Shown one piece after another: positions 47,551 to 57,897 of a stretch of DNA of 64,000 bases. The notes beneath the pieces were generated by a model. That model saw nothing but the letters and a program-made list of their open reading frames with translations. It had not been told where the DNA came from and ran no database searches. Each line of letters begins with the position of its first letter. The first letter of the stretch is position 1. Origin of the DNA: an uncultured Bacteroidota bacterium (GTDB lineage: Bacteria; Bacteroidota; Ignavibacteria; UBA10030; UBA6906); the NCBI GenBank assembly GCA_963700635.1, contig CAVOYH010000003.1, positions 1,760,001 to 1,824,000 of the forward strand. The letters are read 5' to 3'. The translations under genes were made by a program, and so were the position numbers.

Positions 47551-49148
47551 AGGCCGGATCTTCCGCCGTCGCCGAAACCCGTATCACATGTCACGACCCG
47601 CGCATCGATGCATTACTTCCCCGCATCCGCCGGTTCATGGATCAGGATGTCAGCGAGATCACCGTCATGGGCTCGTTCGTCCGCGGATATCATTCGCCGG
47701 ATACCCCCAGTCTCTGGTTGCGCGATCATTCGGACATGATGCGGGGCGCCCGGTACTGGGAACGGGACATGGTCAGCATGGTCGAGTACTTTGCAGAGAC
47801 CCAGACAAAGCGGGGGTGGATCTTTGACTATGTCACGCTCGTTCCCGATAAACTCCCGTGCGAACGGGAGAACTGGGCAAAACATGTGCGCGTCCCCGTG
47901 GAAGCGGACGTGGAGTACCGGTTTGTCAACGGGGTCTATCTGGCCTGGCAGGCCACGGGCGATGATGTCTGGATGAAACGCATGCTTCCGCACTGCGAAC
48001 GTGCGATTGCCTACATTCTGAATGATCCCTGGCGGTGGGACAAGAAGCTCGGACTCGTCAAACGTGCATTCACGATCGACACGTGGGATTTCGATTACAC
48101 GGCCGGGCGGAACGAGTGGCTGAACTTCCAGATCACCGATGACACATTCTGGGGGATCATGCACGGCGACAACTCCGGGTATTATCAGGCGTTTCTTCAG
48201 CTTGCGGCGATGCAGGCCCACCTGCGGCAGCATACGCGGGCCGCGTCCTGGCGCCGGTTCGCGGCGGCGTTCCGCAAACGTGCCAACGCCGTCTGCTTCA
48301 ACGGCAGATTCTACACCCATCAGGTCCATCTCGTACCGGTGACGATACCGGGAGTGGACGAGAGCGCCCAGCTCAGCCTCAGCAATCCCATGGACATCAA
48401 CAGGGGAATGGCCACGCACGCGATGGCCGTGTCCATTCTGGACGAATACCGCCGGCGGGGTGAATCCACCGGCGCCTTCGCTCCCTGGTTCAGTATCGAC
48501 CCCCCCTTCCCGGACGGTATCTACGGCGACGAAAAACTCGTGGGCGGGGCCTATTGCAACGGCGGCATCATGCCTCTTGTGGGAGGCGAGCTCGCCCGCG
48601 CCGCACTGGAACATGGATGGGAGTCCTTCGGCGTCGACCAACTACTCCGCTATGAGCACCTCACGGGCAACGACGAAACGTATCTCTGGTATTTCCCCGG
48701 CGGAAGCCATGCGACAAAGGAAACCAGTACGAGCCCGGAAGCCTATCCGACGGATGGATGGGGAGCCTCCTCGATGCTCTACGCTCTCGTTGAAGGACTG
48801 GCAGGTGTCGTCGACGAGGCATCCCTCTTCCGGCAGGTGCGCCTTTCGCCACGATGGATGGCAGCGGGGACAGACGAAGCGCATGTGACGTGCGCCTATG
48901 GAGCTTCAGGAGCAAGCATTGCCTACGAATATGCCCATGACGCAGCGCGCCGGTCTCTTTCGATTGCGGTCCACGGTCGATGCACCCTTCGCCTTCATGC
49001 TCTCCTCCCTGCCGGAACACGCGCGAAACGGGTCCGGGTCAATGGGAGAACAGTTCCGTCAAAGACGGCCATCATTGAAACCAGTTCCTATGCCGATGCC
49101 TCCTGTCGGGTCAATGGAAAGGCTCTGATAGAAATACTCTATTCTTGA
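47547..49148 (+). CDS. Uncharacterised cytoplasmic (alpha/alpha)6 glycosidase-like protein
   Basis: LWLRDH, EADVEY, WQATGD..W, YCNGGIMP, GWGASSMLYALVEGLAG; ATGA overlap with phyH. Confidence 0.6.
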   Translation: MKAGSSAVAETRITCHDPRIDALLPRIRRFMDQDVSEITVMGSFVRGYHSPDTPSLWLRDHSDMMRGARYWERDMVSMVEYFAETQTKRGWIFDYVTLVPDKLPCERENWAKHVRVPVEADVEYRFVNGVYLAWQATGDDVWMKRMLPHCERAIAYILNDPWRWDKKLGLVKRAFTIDTWDFDYTAGRNEWLNFQITDDTFWGIMHGDNSGYYQAFLQLAAMQAHLRQHTRAASWRRFAAAFRKRANAVCFNGRFYTHQVHLVPVTIPGVDESAQLSLSNPMDINRGMATHAMAVSILDEYRRRGESTGAFAPWFSIDPPFPDGIYGDEKLVGGAYCNGGIMPLVGGELARAALEHGWESFGVDQLLRYEHLTGNDETYLWYFPGGSHATKETSTSPEAYPTDGWGASSMLYALVEGLAGVVDEASLFRQVRLSPRWMAAGTDEAHVTCAYGASGASIAYEYAHDAARRSLSIAVHGRCTLRLHALLPAGTRAKRVRVNGRTVPSKTAIIETSSYADASCRVNGKALIEILYS

Positions 49149-49164
49149 TGAGAGGGTCCGAATC

Positions 49165-51414
49165 ATGAAACGTCGACAGTTTCTGAAAACACCTGCTGTG
49201 ACGCTGCTCCTGCCCGCCGCCGGAAGTCTTGCCGCATTTGAGTCCATGTCTGCCATGGAGTCCTTCGCTGCAGGCGAACAGTCTGCACCCTCCCCCGGTG
49301 CGATCGAACAGCGGATTCACCCCGACTTCGTTACGTATCGGTCCGGAATCGAGTACTTCTTTCTGGGAAATGGTGACATGCAGGCGGCGGTCCAGTATGC
49401 TCCTGACCGGTCTGATGCCCATCCGCCGTCATTCGTCGGATTGACGCTGATGGATGCGGAGCACTTCTCGCGCAAATGGAGCACCTATCTGTTCCATCCG
49501 GAGCGGGGGTATGAGAACTCGGCGCTCGCCGTCGCGTACGCCGGGAAGGGGTATTCTGTGAAACCGGAAAACCTCGGCGGGGTGGCGTGGACCCTCCTCG
49601 AAAACGTCCCGGTGGTGCGCATCACCTGGAAAGCAGGTGCGCTTGATGTTACGGAAGAATTGTATGTCCCCGACCAGGGAGGATATCTGATCCGCCAGGT
49701 CAGGATTCACAATACCGGTCCTGCCGTCGACGATCTCCGCGTGAGTCTTCCCCTTGTCCCAAATTTTGCCATATTCGACGACATCGGAACCGAGGCGTCG
49801 ACGGGTACGGTCTTCGGACGGGGGTATACCGAGGTTACGCTGCGATGCCTCGACGGGGAAGTCGAAACTGCAGGGAGATATGTACTCAACGTCCGGCCGG
49901 GTGCGCTGTCGGCTCAGGGCGATGCACTCGTCCGGTTCGTCTACACCATCCGCCCCGGCACGCCTCCGCTGCGTGCGCGCGATATGCAGGGTGTATGGAA
50001 GAAGACGGTCGCCTACTGGCGCGACAAACCGGTCCTTCGCACGGGGGATGAGGTGATCGACCGGCTCGCAATGCTTGCGCGAACCGGTTTGAAGTCGCAA
50101 CTCGGCCGTAGCGGAAAACGCGACAGCGGCTACTGGATGTACAATATGGAATGGGTGCGTGACGATGTCATGATGCTCCAGGCCATGGCAATGGCGGGAT
50201 TTCAGGATGAGGCCCGGACGGTTCTCGTCAAGATCCTCGACAAAGCGGTCGGCCCTGACGGCTGTGCGATCGAATCCAGCCGGTGGTCAGGGTACGACTA
50301 CACCGAACTGGACCAGAACGGACAAATTCTTTTCGCGGCGTGGACGTACGCCTCCTGGACAGGCGATATGGATCTCATCCGGAAATTCTGGAAGAAAATC
50401 GTGCTCGCCGGCGATTTCCCGCTTATGGACGTGTTCAGGGACCCGACCACACGGCTTCTCCGGAACAAGAGGGAATTCTGGGAGAGGGATGACAGGTTCG
50501 GGGTGGAAGACGGCTATGAACTCGTCTATCAGTTCTGGGTGGCATACGGTCTCGAACTCGGGAGTTCACTCGCACGCGCCGTGGGCGACACCAGGACGGC
50601 AGAACGCTGGTCACGCGCCTCTGCCGAGCTCAAAGAGATCATGACGAATCATCCGACACTCCGGTTCGTGGAGAATGGGCATCTCATCAAACGGCGGACA
50701 CGGAAAGGGGAATGGCAGCGGTACTTTGTTCCCCCCGACCGCGCCCACATGCCGCCGGGGTCGCCCATTGCCACCATCGAAAAGCCGGAGTGTGATCCGG
50801 ACACCGGTACGCTCTTCCCGATTATCTTCGGATATGTTGATCCCCGCGGGCCCGTCGCGGCCGCGACGCTTCGCTATATGGAAACGCTGTGGAACCAGCG
50901 GTGGGACTTTGGCGGGTATTCGCGCTACAACACCGACAGCGAACCGGATCCTCCCGGGCCGTGGCCAATCACTTCGATACTGGTGGCACGGGCTGCGATC
51001 GAAGCGGGGGACTCTGATCGTGTCTGGCGCGCCCTTCGATGGGTCGCCGGGATCCACGGCGGAAAGTCCGGCGGATGGTTTGAGCGGTATGGTGCGAGCA
51101 TCACTCCGCCCGCCCCTCCAGTCTCGGTTGTGGGCTGGAACTGGGCGGAAATCACGGTTTTTGCCATCCAGCACCTGATGGGATTCCGCCCCGATCTGGA
51201 CGGGATTGAGCTCCGGCCCATGCTCCTGCCCGGCCTCACCTCGATGACCACGCGGTTCTCCGTGCGGGGTGCGTATGTCGACATGACGGTCCGGCGTGGT
51301 GCGCCTGCCGGGGCCACGGCAAACGGTGCCGGGATCGCATGGGCGGACGGAAAAGGCCGTCTCCCGTATCCCGGTAAAGGAAAGACTGTCAAGGTCGAAA
51401 TCACGACTCCCTGA
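49165..51414 (+). CDS. Tat-exported (alpha/alpha)6 glycosidase-like protein (GH15-like)
   Basis: MKRRQFLK Tat motif; YNMEWVRD, ELDQNG, EFWER, GGYSRY...GPWPITS, WFER. Confidence 0.65.
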   Translation: MKRRQFLKTPAVTLLLPAAGSLAAFESMSAMESFAAGEQSAPSPGAIEQRIHPDFVTYRSGIEYFFLGNGDMQAAVQYAPDRSDAHPPSFVGLTLMDAEHFSRKWSTYLFHPERGYENSALAVAYAGKGYSVKPENLGGVAWTLLENVPVVRITWKAGALDVTEELYVPDQGGYLIRQVRIHNTGPAVDDLRVSLPLVPNFAIFDDIGTEASTGTVFGRGYTEVTLRCLDGEVETAGRYVLNVRPGALSAQGDALVRFVYTIRPGTPPLRARDMQGVWKKTVAYWRDKPVLRTGDEVIDRLAMLARTGLKSQLGRSGKRDSGYWMYNMEWVRDDVMMLQAMAMAGFQDEARTVLVKILDKAVGPDGCAIESSRWSGYDYTELDQNGQILFAAWTYASWTGDMDLIRKFWKKIVLAGDFPLMDVFRDPTTRLLRNKREFWERDDRFGVEDGYELVYQFWVAYGLELGSSLARAVGDTRTAERWSRASAELKEIMTNHPTLRFVENGHLIKRRTRKGEWQRYFVPPDRAHMPPGSPIATIEKPECDPDTGTLFPIIFGYVDPRGPVAAATLRYMETLWNQRWDFGGYSRYNTDSEPDPPGPWPITSILVARAAIEAGDSDRVWRALRWVAGIHGGKSGGWFERYGASITPPAPPVSVVGWNWAEITVFAIQHLMGFRPDLDGIELRPMLLPGLTSMTTRFSVRGAYVDMTVRRGAPAGATANGAGIAWADGKGRLPYPGKGKTVKVEITTP

Positions 51415-51464
51415 TATCAGGCAGGGTTGGTTTTTCACGCACCAAGGAAAGTGTTGGGCTGACG

Positions 51465-52752
51465 ATGAGACGATCAACATTTCTGAAAACTGTGGTTTCC
51501 GGCGCTGCAGGGAGCCTGCTGCTGCCCGCACATGAACAGCGCACAGGCATCTCCCGTACTCTCCCCACCCTGGCCTCCGTTCACACCCGATGATGATCGC
51601 TTCTGGAAATTCCTGCGCGAGCAGTTTCCTCTGACTCAGGAACGGGCATATCTGAACACCGGAGGGCTCGGTGCGTCCCCGTATGCGGTGATTGACACGG
51701 TCAAGGCCACGATGGACGAACTCGAGAAGATATCGGAGACGGGCCACAACGAGGAACTCTGGAACACCGTGAAGAACGACGCGGCAGCACTGCTGGGCTG
51801 TGATGCGGGAGAGCTGGCCTTCACGCGGAACACGACGGAAGGTATCAACATCGTTGCAAACGGTTTCCCTCTCAAAGCGGGCGACGAGGTAATCCTGACC
51901 ACCCATGAGCATGTCGGAAACGCGCTACCATGGGTTGCTCTCGCACAGAGCAGGGGAGTTGTTCTCCGCCTTTTTGAACCGTCGACCGCTTCGGCGGAGG
52001 AAAATGTCAACCGTATCACGAAACTGCTGGGCAGACGGACCCGCCTGATCAGCATACCTCACGCCGTGACTACTACCGGGCTGATTCTTCCCGTGAAAGC
52101 GATCTGCGACCTGGCGCACTCCCGCGGCATGTGGTGTTTTCTCGACGGAGCACAGACCGCCGGGATGACCCCGTTCGATCTCCATGACATCGGCTGTGAT
52201 GCATACGCGACCAGCGGCCACAAGTGGCTCCTGGGCCCCAAGGAGACAGGATTGTTGTATGTGCGGAAAGAGATGCTCGACACTATTACACCCCGGTTTG
52301 TCGGCGCATATTCCTCCGGCGAGTACGATTTCCTGAAAGGGACGATGACGTTTCATCCCGAAGCGCAGCGATACGAATACGGGACCGTGAGCGTGCCCCT
52401 GCGGGCGGGTCTGGGTGCTGCCATTGCGTTCATCCGGCGGATCGGTATCGACAGGGTCTGGGCATATGACCTCTCCCTTGCGAACCGTCTGAGTGACGGC
52501 CTTCGCGGGATACCGGGCGTGCAGGTGCTCTCGCCGTCCGATCCGGCACTCCGTTCAGCGATGACAACATTCATGCATGACCGTATCCCTCATCTGGAAC
52601 TCCAGGAGCATTTGAACACGTTCGACCTCCGCACACGGAGTGTAACTGAAGGTGGCCTTGCGGCATTGCGGGTGTCGACGCACGTGTACAATTCTGTCGA
52701 TGAAGTCGATCGTGTCCTTGACGGAGTTCGCACCGCCAAACCCAGGTCCTAG
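51465..52752 (+). CDS. Class V PLP-dependent enzyme (isopenicillin N epimerase/PvdN-like); Tat signal separated by an apparent +1 frameshift at about 51531
   Basis: Main ORF 51532-52752: YLNTGGLG, RNTTEG, HEH, LDGAQ, SGHKW (PLP Lys), RVSTHVYN. Upstream frame from ATG 51465 reads MRRSTFLKTVVSGAAGSLLLPA. Confidence 0.85.
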
Positions 52753-52781
52753 ACCCCTTACTCCACAGCCTCGACCCCACA

Positions 52782-54662
52782 ATGAAATCTGTCAATATTT
52801 ACGACTACATCGTTATCGGCGCATACTTTCTGTTCATGCTCGGAATCGGTGTCTACTTCATGCGCATCAACAAGGGGGGAAGGGAGTACTTTGCCGGCGG
52901 CAGCATGATTCCCTGGTGGGTTTCCGGGATGACACTGTACATGGCCAATTTCAGCGCATGGTCATTCACGGGGGCTGCCGGATTCATCTACACCACGGGG
53001 TGGTTCCCGCTATTCTGGTTCGGCAGCGGTGCGTTCGCATATGTCGCCGGCACGCTTCTGACCGCAAAGCGGTGGCGGAGGACGCGGGCGATTTCACCGG
53101 TCGAGTACACCTACACGCGGTACAACGTGCCGACGCAGCAGTTCTTCAGCTGGGTCATCTCCATCAACTTCACGCTGTCGGCCGGCGTGCAGCTTGCGTC
53201 CACCTGCAAGCTGCTTGCGCCGATCATCGGGATGGAAATCGTGACGGTTACGCTGGTGACCGGTGTGGTGATTCTCCTGTACACGTTCCTGGGCGGGATC
53301 TGGGCCGTCTCTGTGACGGATGTGGTCCAGGGGGTCATCCTCCTGGCCACTGTCGCCGTCATCGTTCCGCTGAGCCTGTATCAGGTCGGAGGGTTTGAGA
53401 CGCTGGTGGAAAAGCTTCCGCCGCTCTCGTTCGAGCATGTGTACAACGGTGTGGTCTACAATGAGCACTGGCTCATCGCCATGTTTTTCATCGCTACCAT
53501 CGGGTTTGCCGGGGGTGCAGGTCAGCGGTTCTATTCCGTGAAGGACGAACGGTCAGCGGTGAAGGTCGGACTTCTCGCAGGCGGGCTCTCGCTGCTCGGG
53601 CCGTTGATGCTTGGCGTTCCTCCCCTCGTTGCCCGTGTCATGTGGCCGGATCTGAGCACGGTCGACTTCTTCAAGCCCTATCTGGGGAACAACCCGCAGG
53701 ATCTCGTGTATGTGGCACTCTGCCTGAAGTTTCTTCCCAACGGCCTCATCGGCGTGTTCGTAGCTGCCATGCTCGCGGCAACAATGAGCACCCTGAGTGC
53801 GGTGTACAACATGGTCTCGGCAATATTCGCACGGGACATGTACCAGGGGTTGTTCAAGCGGTCGACGCGCGATGAGGATCTCCTGCGGATCGGACGAAAG
53901 GCGTCGATCGTGATCGGGTTGATCGTGACCGGTCTGGCGGTGGCCTTCGTAACCAGTCAGTTCGGCATCTTCAATCTTATGCAGGTGTTTTTCACGCTCT
54001 TCAATATTCCCGTGGCTATTCCGCTGGCATTCGGGCTTCTCTTCCGCAGGATACCGAAGTGGTCGGCGGTGGGGGGCATCAGCTGGGGACTGCTGGCGGG
54101 TCTGGCGGGGAGATATCTGCTCGGGTGGACGATCGGGCCGCAGGTGTACCTGTCGATCGTCATGACCTTCAGCATCTTCGCCTCGTCGGTCTGGACTGCC
54201 GAGCTGTACCGCCGGAACAAGGTGGCACTCGGAGTCCTCAGTGCTGCGGTGGCCATCATCATTGGCATGTTCTTCGAGTACACTGTTGCGGTTCCACTGA
54301 CAGGGACGATACAAGGGCTGATCTGGGCGTGTGCGGCGGCATACGGCCTGAGTCTCCCGGGCTTTGCGCGGCTCTTCACGCTTGAAACAGACGAGACCCG
54401 TAGAATCGTGGCGGAGTTTTTCAAGAAACTGGACACCCCTGTGGACGTGCAGGTGGAGGTGTTCGGCGCCGGGCGCAAGCAGGTTTCCGTTTTTCCGCTC
54501 GTGGGTGGAACCACCATTATTATGGGTGCCCTGCTCAGCCTTGTGTTCCTGACGCCGCTGACGCCGGGCGAGGGGCGGGTCCTCGGCATTATTATCGGCA
54601 TCCTGATCATGTTCGGGACGGGCATGTGGTACTTTGGCAAGAAAGCAGAAATACGCGGTTGA
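52782..54662 (+). CDS. Sodium:solute symporter, copy 1
   Basis: EYFAGGSMIPWW, SAWSFTG, GGIWAVSVTDVVQ, QRFYSVKDE, AATMST. Confidence 0.92.
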   Translation: MKSVNIYDYIVIGAYFLFMLGIGVYFMRINKGGREYFAGGSMIPWWVSGMTLYMANFSAWSFTGAAGFIYTTGWFPLFWFGSGAFAYVAGTLLTAKRWRRTRAISPVEYTYTRYNVPTQQFFSWVISINFTLSAGVQLASTCKLLAPIIGMEIVTVTLVTGVVILLYTFLGGIWAVSVTDVVQGVILLATVAVIVPLSLYQVGGFETLVEKLPPLSFEHVYNGVVYNEHWLIAMFFIATIGFAGGAGQRFYSVKDERSAVKVGLLAGGLSLLGPLMLGVPPLVARVMWPDLSTVDFFKPYLGNNPQDLVYVALCLKFLPNGLIGVFVAAMLAATMSTLSAVYNMVSAIFARDMYQGLFKRSTRDEDLLRIGRKASIVIGLIVTGLAVAFVTSQFGIFNLMQVFFTLFNIPVAIPLAFGLLFRRIPKWSAVGGISWGLLAGLAGRYLLGWTIGPQVYLSIVMTFSIFASSVWTAELYRRNKVALGVLSAAVAIIIGMFFEYTVAVPLTGTIQGLIWACAAAYGLSLPGFARLFTLETDETRRIVAEFFKKLDTPVDVQVEVFGAGRKQVSVFPLVGGTTIIMGALLSLVFLTPLTPGEGRVLGIIIGILIMFGTGMWYFGKKAEIRG

Positions 54663-54684
54663 ATCGGAGAACGACGAAGGAGCT

Positions 54685-56613
54685 ATGATGAAAGCTGTCA
54701 ACATCTATGACTATATCGTCATTGGCGCCTATTTTTTCTTCATGCTTGGGATCGGGGTGTACTTCATGAAGATCAACAAAGGAGCCAAGGAATACTTCGC
54801 CGGTGGCAGCATGATCCCCTGGTGGGTGTCGGGCATGACACTCTACATGGCCAACTTCAGTGCCTGGACGTTTACCGGGGCCGCGGGATTTGCCTATGCC
54901 ACAGGGTGGTTTGCGATTCTGTATTTCGGAACCTGGTCGCTCTCGTATTTTGTGGGGTCCCAGATCACGGCCGCCAAATGGCGGCGTACCCGGTCGATCT
55001 CTCCGGTGGAATACACTTACACGCGGTTCAACTTCACCACCCAGCAGTTTCTCAGCATGGTGATCTCCTTGAACTTCACCCTGTCGGCGGGGGTGCAGCT
55101 GGCTGCAACGTGTAAACTGCTGGCGCCCGTGATGGATCTGGATATTGTGGCAGTCACGGTCGTGACGGGTGTGGTCATTCTTCTGTACACGTTCATGGGG
55201 GGGCTCTGGGCCGTCTCCATCACCGATGTGGTCCAGGGAGTGATTCTCCTGAGCATTACCTTTATCGTCATGCCGCTCGCGTTGAACCTCGTCGGCGGTC
55301 CGGGGATGTTGCTCCGGTCCGTACCCCCTCTGTCGTTCGACCACGTGTACAACGGCGTGCACTATACCGAGCACTGGCTAGTGTCGATTTTCCTGATCAT
55401 GTGTCTGGGAACTGCGGCCGGCGCCGCACAGCGGTTCTACAGCGTCAAGGACGAACGTGACGCGAAGCGGGTCGGCAAACTGGCAGGCGGTCTTTTTCTG
55501 ACCGTGCCGTTCGTGTTCGGCATCCCGCCGCTGGTCGCCCGGGTGATCTGGCCGGATCTGTCACAGATCGACTTCTTCAAGCCATACATCGGAAGTAATC
55601 CTCAGGACCTCGTGTTCATTGCGCTCTGCCTCAAGTTGTTACCCAATGGCCTGATCGGAGTTTTTCTCGCCGCTATGCTCGCGGCGACCATGAGCACGCT
55701 CAGCTCGGTCTACAATATGGTTTCGTCCATTCTGTCGCGGGACATCTATCAGGGATGGATCCGCCCCGACACCACTGACGAACGGTTGCTCACTGTGGGC
55801 CGGGTGTTTTCCCTGGCCATCGGCCTCCTCGTTGTCGTCCTGGCTGTGTTCTTTGTGACGAGCCAGTTCGGCATCTTCAACCTCATGCAGGCGTTCTTCA
55901 CGTTGCTCAACATCCCGGTTGTTGTGCCTGTCGCATTCGGTCTGATCTTCCGTCGCGTGCCGAAGTGGGCGGCGGTGGGCTCGATCGCCTGGGGTCTTGT
56001 GGTCGGCGTCACGACCAGGTATGCCCTTGGCTGGGACATCGGTCCGCAGGTCTATCTCGCGTTTGTAAGTTCATTTGGGATCTTCGTGGCGTCCTGGTGG
56101 ACAGGAAAGCTGTTCAGCGCGAGCAAAGCGGCGTTGACGCTGCTGTGCGCTGGCGTCGCGGCGGCGTTTGTCGGCGTCTACCTCTTTTCGCTTCCGGCAG
56201 GTGCCGCGGAATGGCAGCAGTGGACAGCCGCCGCAAGCGCGGTGGTTCTGGGCGCAAGTCTGTTTGGCTTCTCAAAGCTCTTTGCATCCGAGACAGCCGA
56301 ACAACGCGCTATCGTGGCCGAGTTTTTCAAGAAGCTCGACACGCCGGTCGATGTCGCCCGCGAGGTGTTCGGGGCGGGACGCAAACAGATTTCCACGTTC
56401 CCGCTGGTCGGAGGAACAACCATCGTCATGGGCGGCCTCATGAGCCTGATCTTTTTCACGGACATTTCGCCTCAGGAGCGGACCATCCTGGGCGTGATGG
56501 TCGTGATCATGGTCGTCTTCGGTGCGTTGATGTGGTTCTTCGGAAAGAAGTCGGAAATCCGCAGCGCCTCGCAGTATGAAAAGTCGACTCACCAGGACGG
56601 ACCCGGCTCATGA
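54685..56613 (+). CDS. Sodium:solute symporter, copy 2 (tandem paralogue)
   Basis: Same motifs as copy 1; RBS AAGGAG before ATG 54685. Confidence 0.92.
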   Translation: MMKAVNIYDYIVIGAYFFFMLGIGVYFMKINKGAKEYFAGGSMIPWWVSGMTLYMANFSAWTFTGAAGFAYATGWFAILYFGTWSLSYFVGSQITAAKWRRTRSISPVEYTYTRFNFTTQQFLSMVISLNFTLSAGVQLAATCKLLAPVMDLDIVAVTVVTGVVILLYTFMGGLWAVSITDVVQGVILLSITFIVMPLALNLVGGPGMLLRSVPPLSFDHVYNGVHYTEHWLVSIFLIMCLGTAAGAAQRFYSVKDERDAKRVGKLAGGLFLTVPFVFGIPPLVARVIWPDLSQIDFFKPYIGSNPQDLVFIALCLKLLPNGLIGVFLAAMLAATMSTLSSVYNMVSSILSRDIYQGWIRPDTTDERLLTVGRVFSLAIGLLVVVLAVFFVTSQFGIFNLMQAFFTLLNIPVVVPVAFGLIFRRVPKWAAVGSIAWGLVVGVTTRYALGWDIGPQVYLAFVSSFGIFVASWWTGKLFSASKAALTLLCAGVAAAFVGVYLFSLPAGAAEWQQWTAAASAVVLGASLFGFSKLFASETAEQRAIVAEFFKKLDTPVDVAREVFGAGRKQISTFPLVGGTTIVMGGLMSLIFFTDISPQERTILGVMVVIMVVFGALMWFFGKKSEIRSASQYEKSTHQDGPGS

Positions 56614-57887
56614 ACGTGCATCTGGCGTACGGCAGGGCCGGGTTGGATGTCGACATTCCCGACCGGAATCTTCTCGGGGTTCTGACTATGCCGCATACGG
56701 ACCCCGTGGATGATCCGGTGAAGATCCTGCATGCGCTTCTGGAGACCCCGATGGGGGGGCACCCTCTGGCTGTCGTGGCACGGGGAGCGCGGTCGGCGTG
56801 TATCGTTGTGTGCGACATCACGCGTCCGGTGCCAAACAGTGTGCTGTTGCCTCCCGTTCTCAGTGTGCTGCAGCAGGCCGGCGTCCCGCAAGAGCGTACG
56901 ACGATTCTCATTGCCACGGGTCTGCATCGCCCGAGTTCACCCGAGGAACGTGTGCAGCTCCTGGGGGAGGGGATCGCCCGCTCCACCAGGATCGTCGACC
57001 ATCATGCGCGTGTCCCGGAGGAGCAGAGGTCACTCGGGACAACACGGCGTGGCACGCCCGTCTTTGTGGATGAAGCCTACTGTGCGGCCGACGTGAAGAT
57101 CACCACCGGTTTCATCGAACCGCACCTCATGGCCGGGTTTTCGGGCGGCCGGAAGCTCATCGCGCCGGGCTGTGCGGGCGAGGAAACCATCAAAGCCCTG
57201 CACAGCCCTACGTTCATCGAGCATCCCCTCTGCCGCGAAGGGAGCCTCGAGGGAAACCCCCTTCACGAGGAACTTCTTGCCATCGCCCGGATGGCAGGGC
57301 ATGATTTCATGGTGAACGTGGCTCTGGATGCCGACCGGAGGATAACCGGGTTGTTTGTCGGTGATCCACTGGAAGCGCATGAGCGCGGTGTGATTCACGT
57401 CCGCCGGGCGGTGAGTGCGACGCTCCCCGAGCCTGCGGACATCGTGGTGACGACAAGCGCCGGATACCCGCTGGACCTGACGCTCTACCAGGCCGTGAAG
57501 GGGATGACCGCTGCAGCCCCGGTCCTCAAACGGGGGGGCACGATGGTGATCGCTGCGGAGTGCGCGGAGGGAATGGGGAGCCGGGAATTCACGTCGATGG
57601 CGACCGGGTACCCCTCCGCCCGACATTTTCTGGACAGCCTGCAGCACACGCCCGTCCGGATCGATCAATGGCAGCTCGAGGAATGCGCCAAGGTCGCACT
57701 GGACCGCGAGGTCATCCTGGTTGCCCGGGGGATTCCGGCCGCAGATCGGAAAAAGCTCTTTATCGACAGCGCAGACAGTGTGGAGGAGGGGCTCCGGATG
57801 GCGCTGCGGCGGCATGGCGACGATGCCCGTGTCGCAGTGATCCCCAGGGGGCCCTACACACTCGTTGGTGTACCTTCTCCGGAGTGA
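56610..57887 (+). CDS. larA: LarA family nickel-pincer-dependent 2-hydroxyacid racemase/epimerase
   Basis: DITRP, ATGLHR, DHH, EPHLMAGFSGGRK, GYPLD..LYQAVKG, AECAEG. Confidence 0.9.
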   Translation: MNVHLAYGRAGLDVDIPDRNLLGVLTMPHTDPVDDPVKILHALLETPMGGHPLAVVARGARSACIVVCDITRPVPNSVLLPPVLSVLQQAGVPQERTTILIATGLHRPSSPEERVQLLGEGIARSTRIVDHHARVPEEQRSLGTTRRGTPVFVDEAYCAADVKITTGFIEPHLMAGFSGGRKLIAPGCAGEETIKALHSPTFIEHPLCREGSLEGNPLHEELLAIARMAGHDFMVNVALDADRRITGLFVGDPLEAHERGVIHVRRAVSATLPEPADIVVTTSAGYPLDLTLYQAVKGMTAAAPVLKRGGTMVIAAECAEGMGSREFTSMATGYPSARHFLDSLQHTPVRIDQWQLEECAKVALDREVILVARGIPAADRKKLFIDSADSVEEGLRMALRRHGDDARVAVIPRGPYTLVGVPSPE

Positions 57888-57897
57888 TGTTTTTTCC

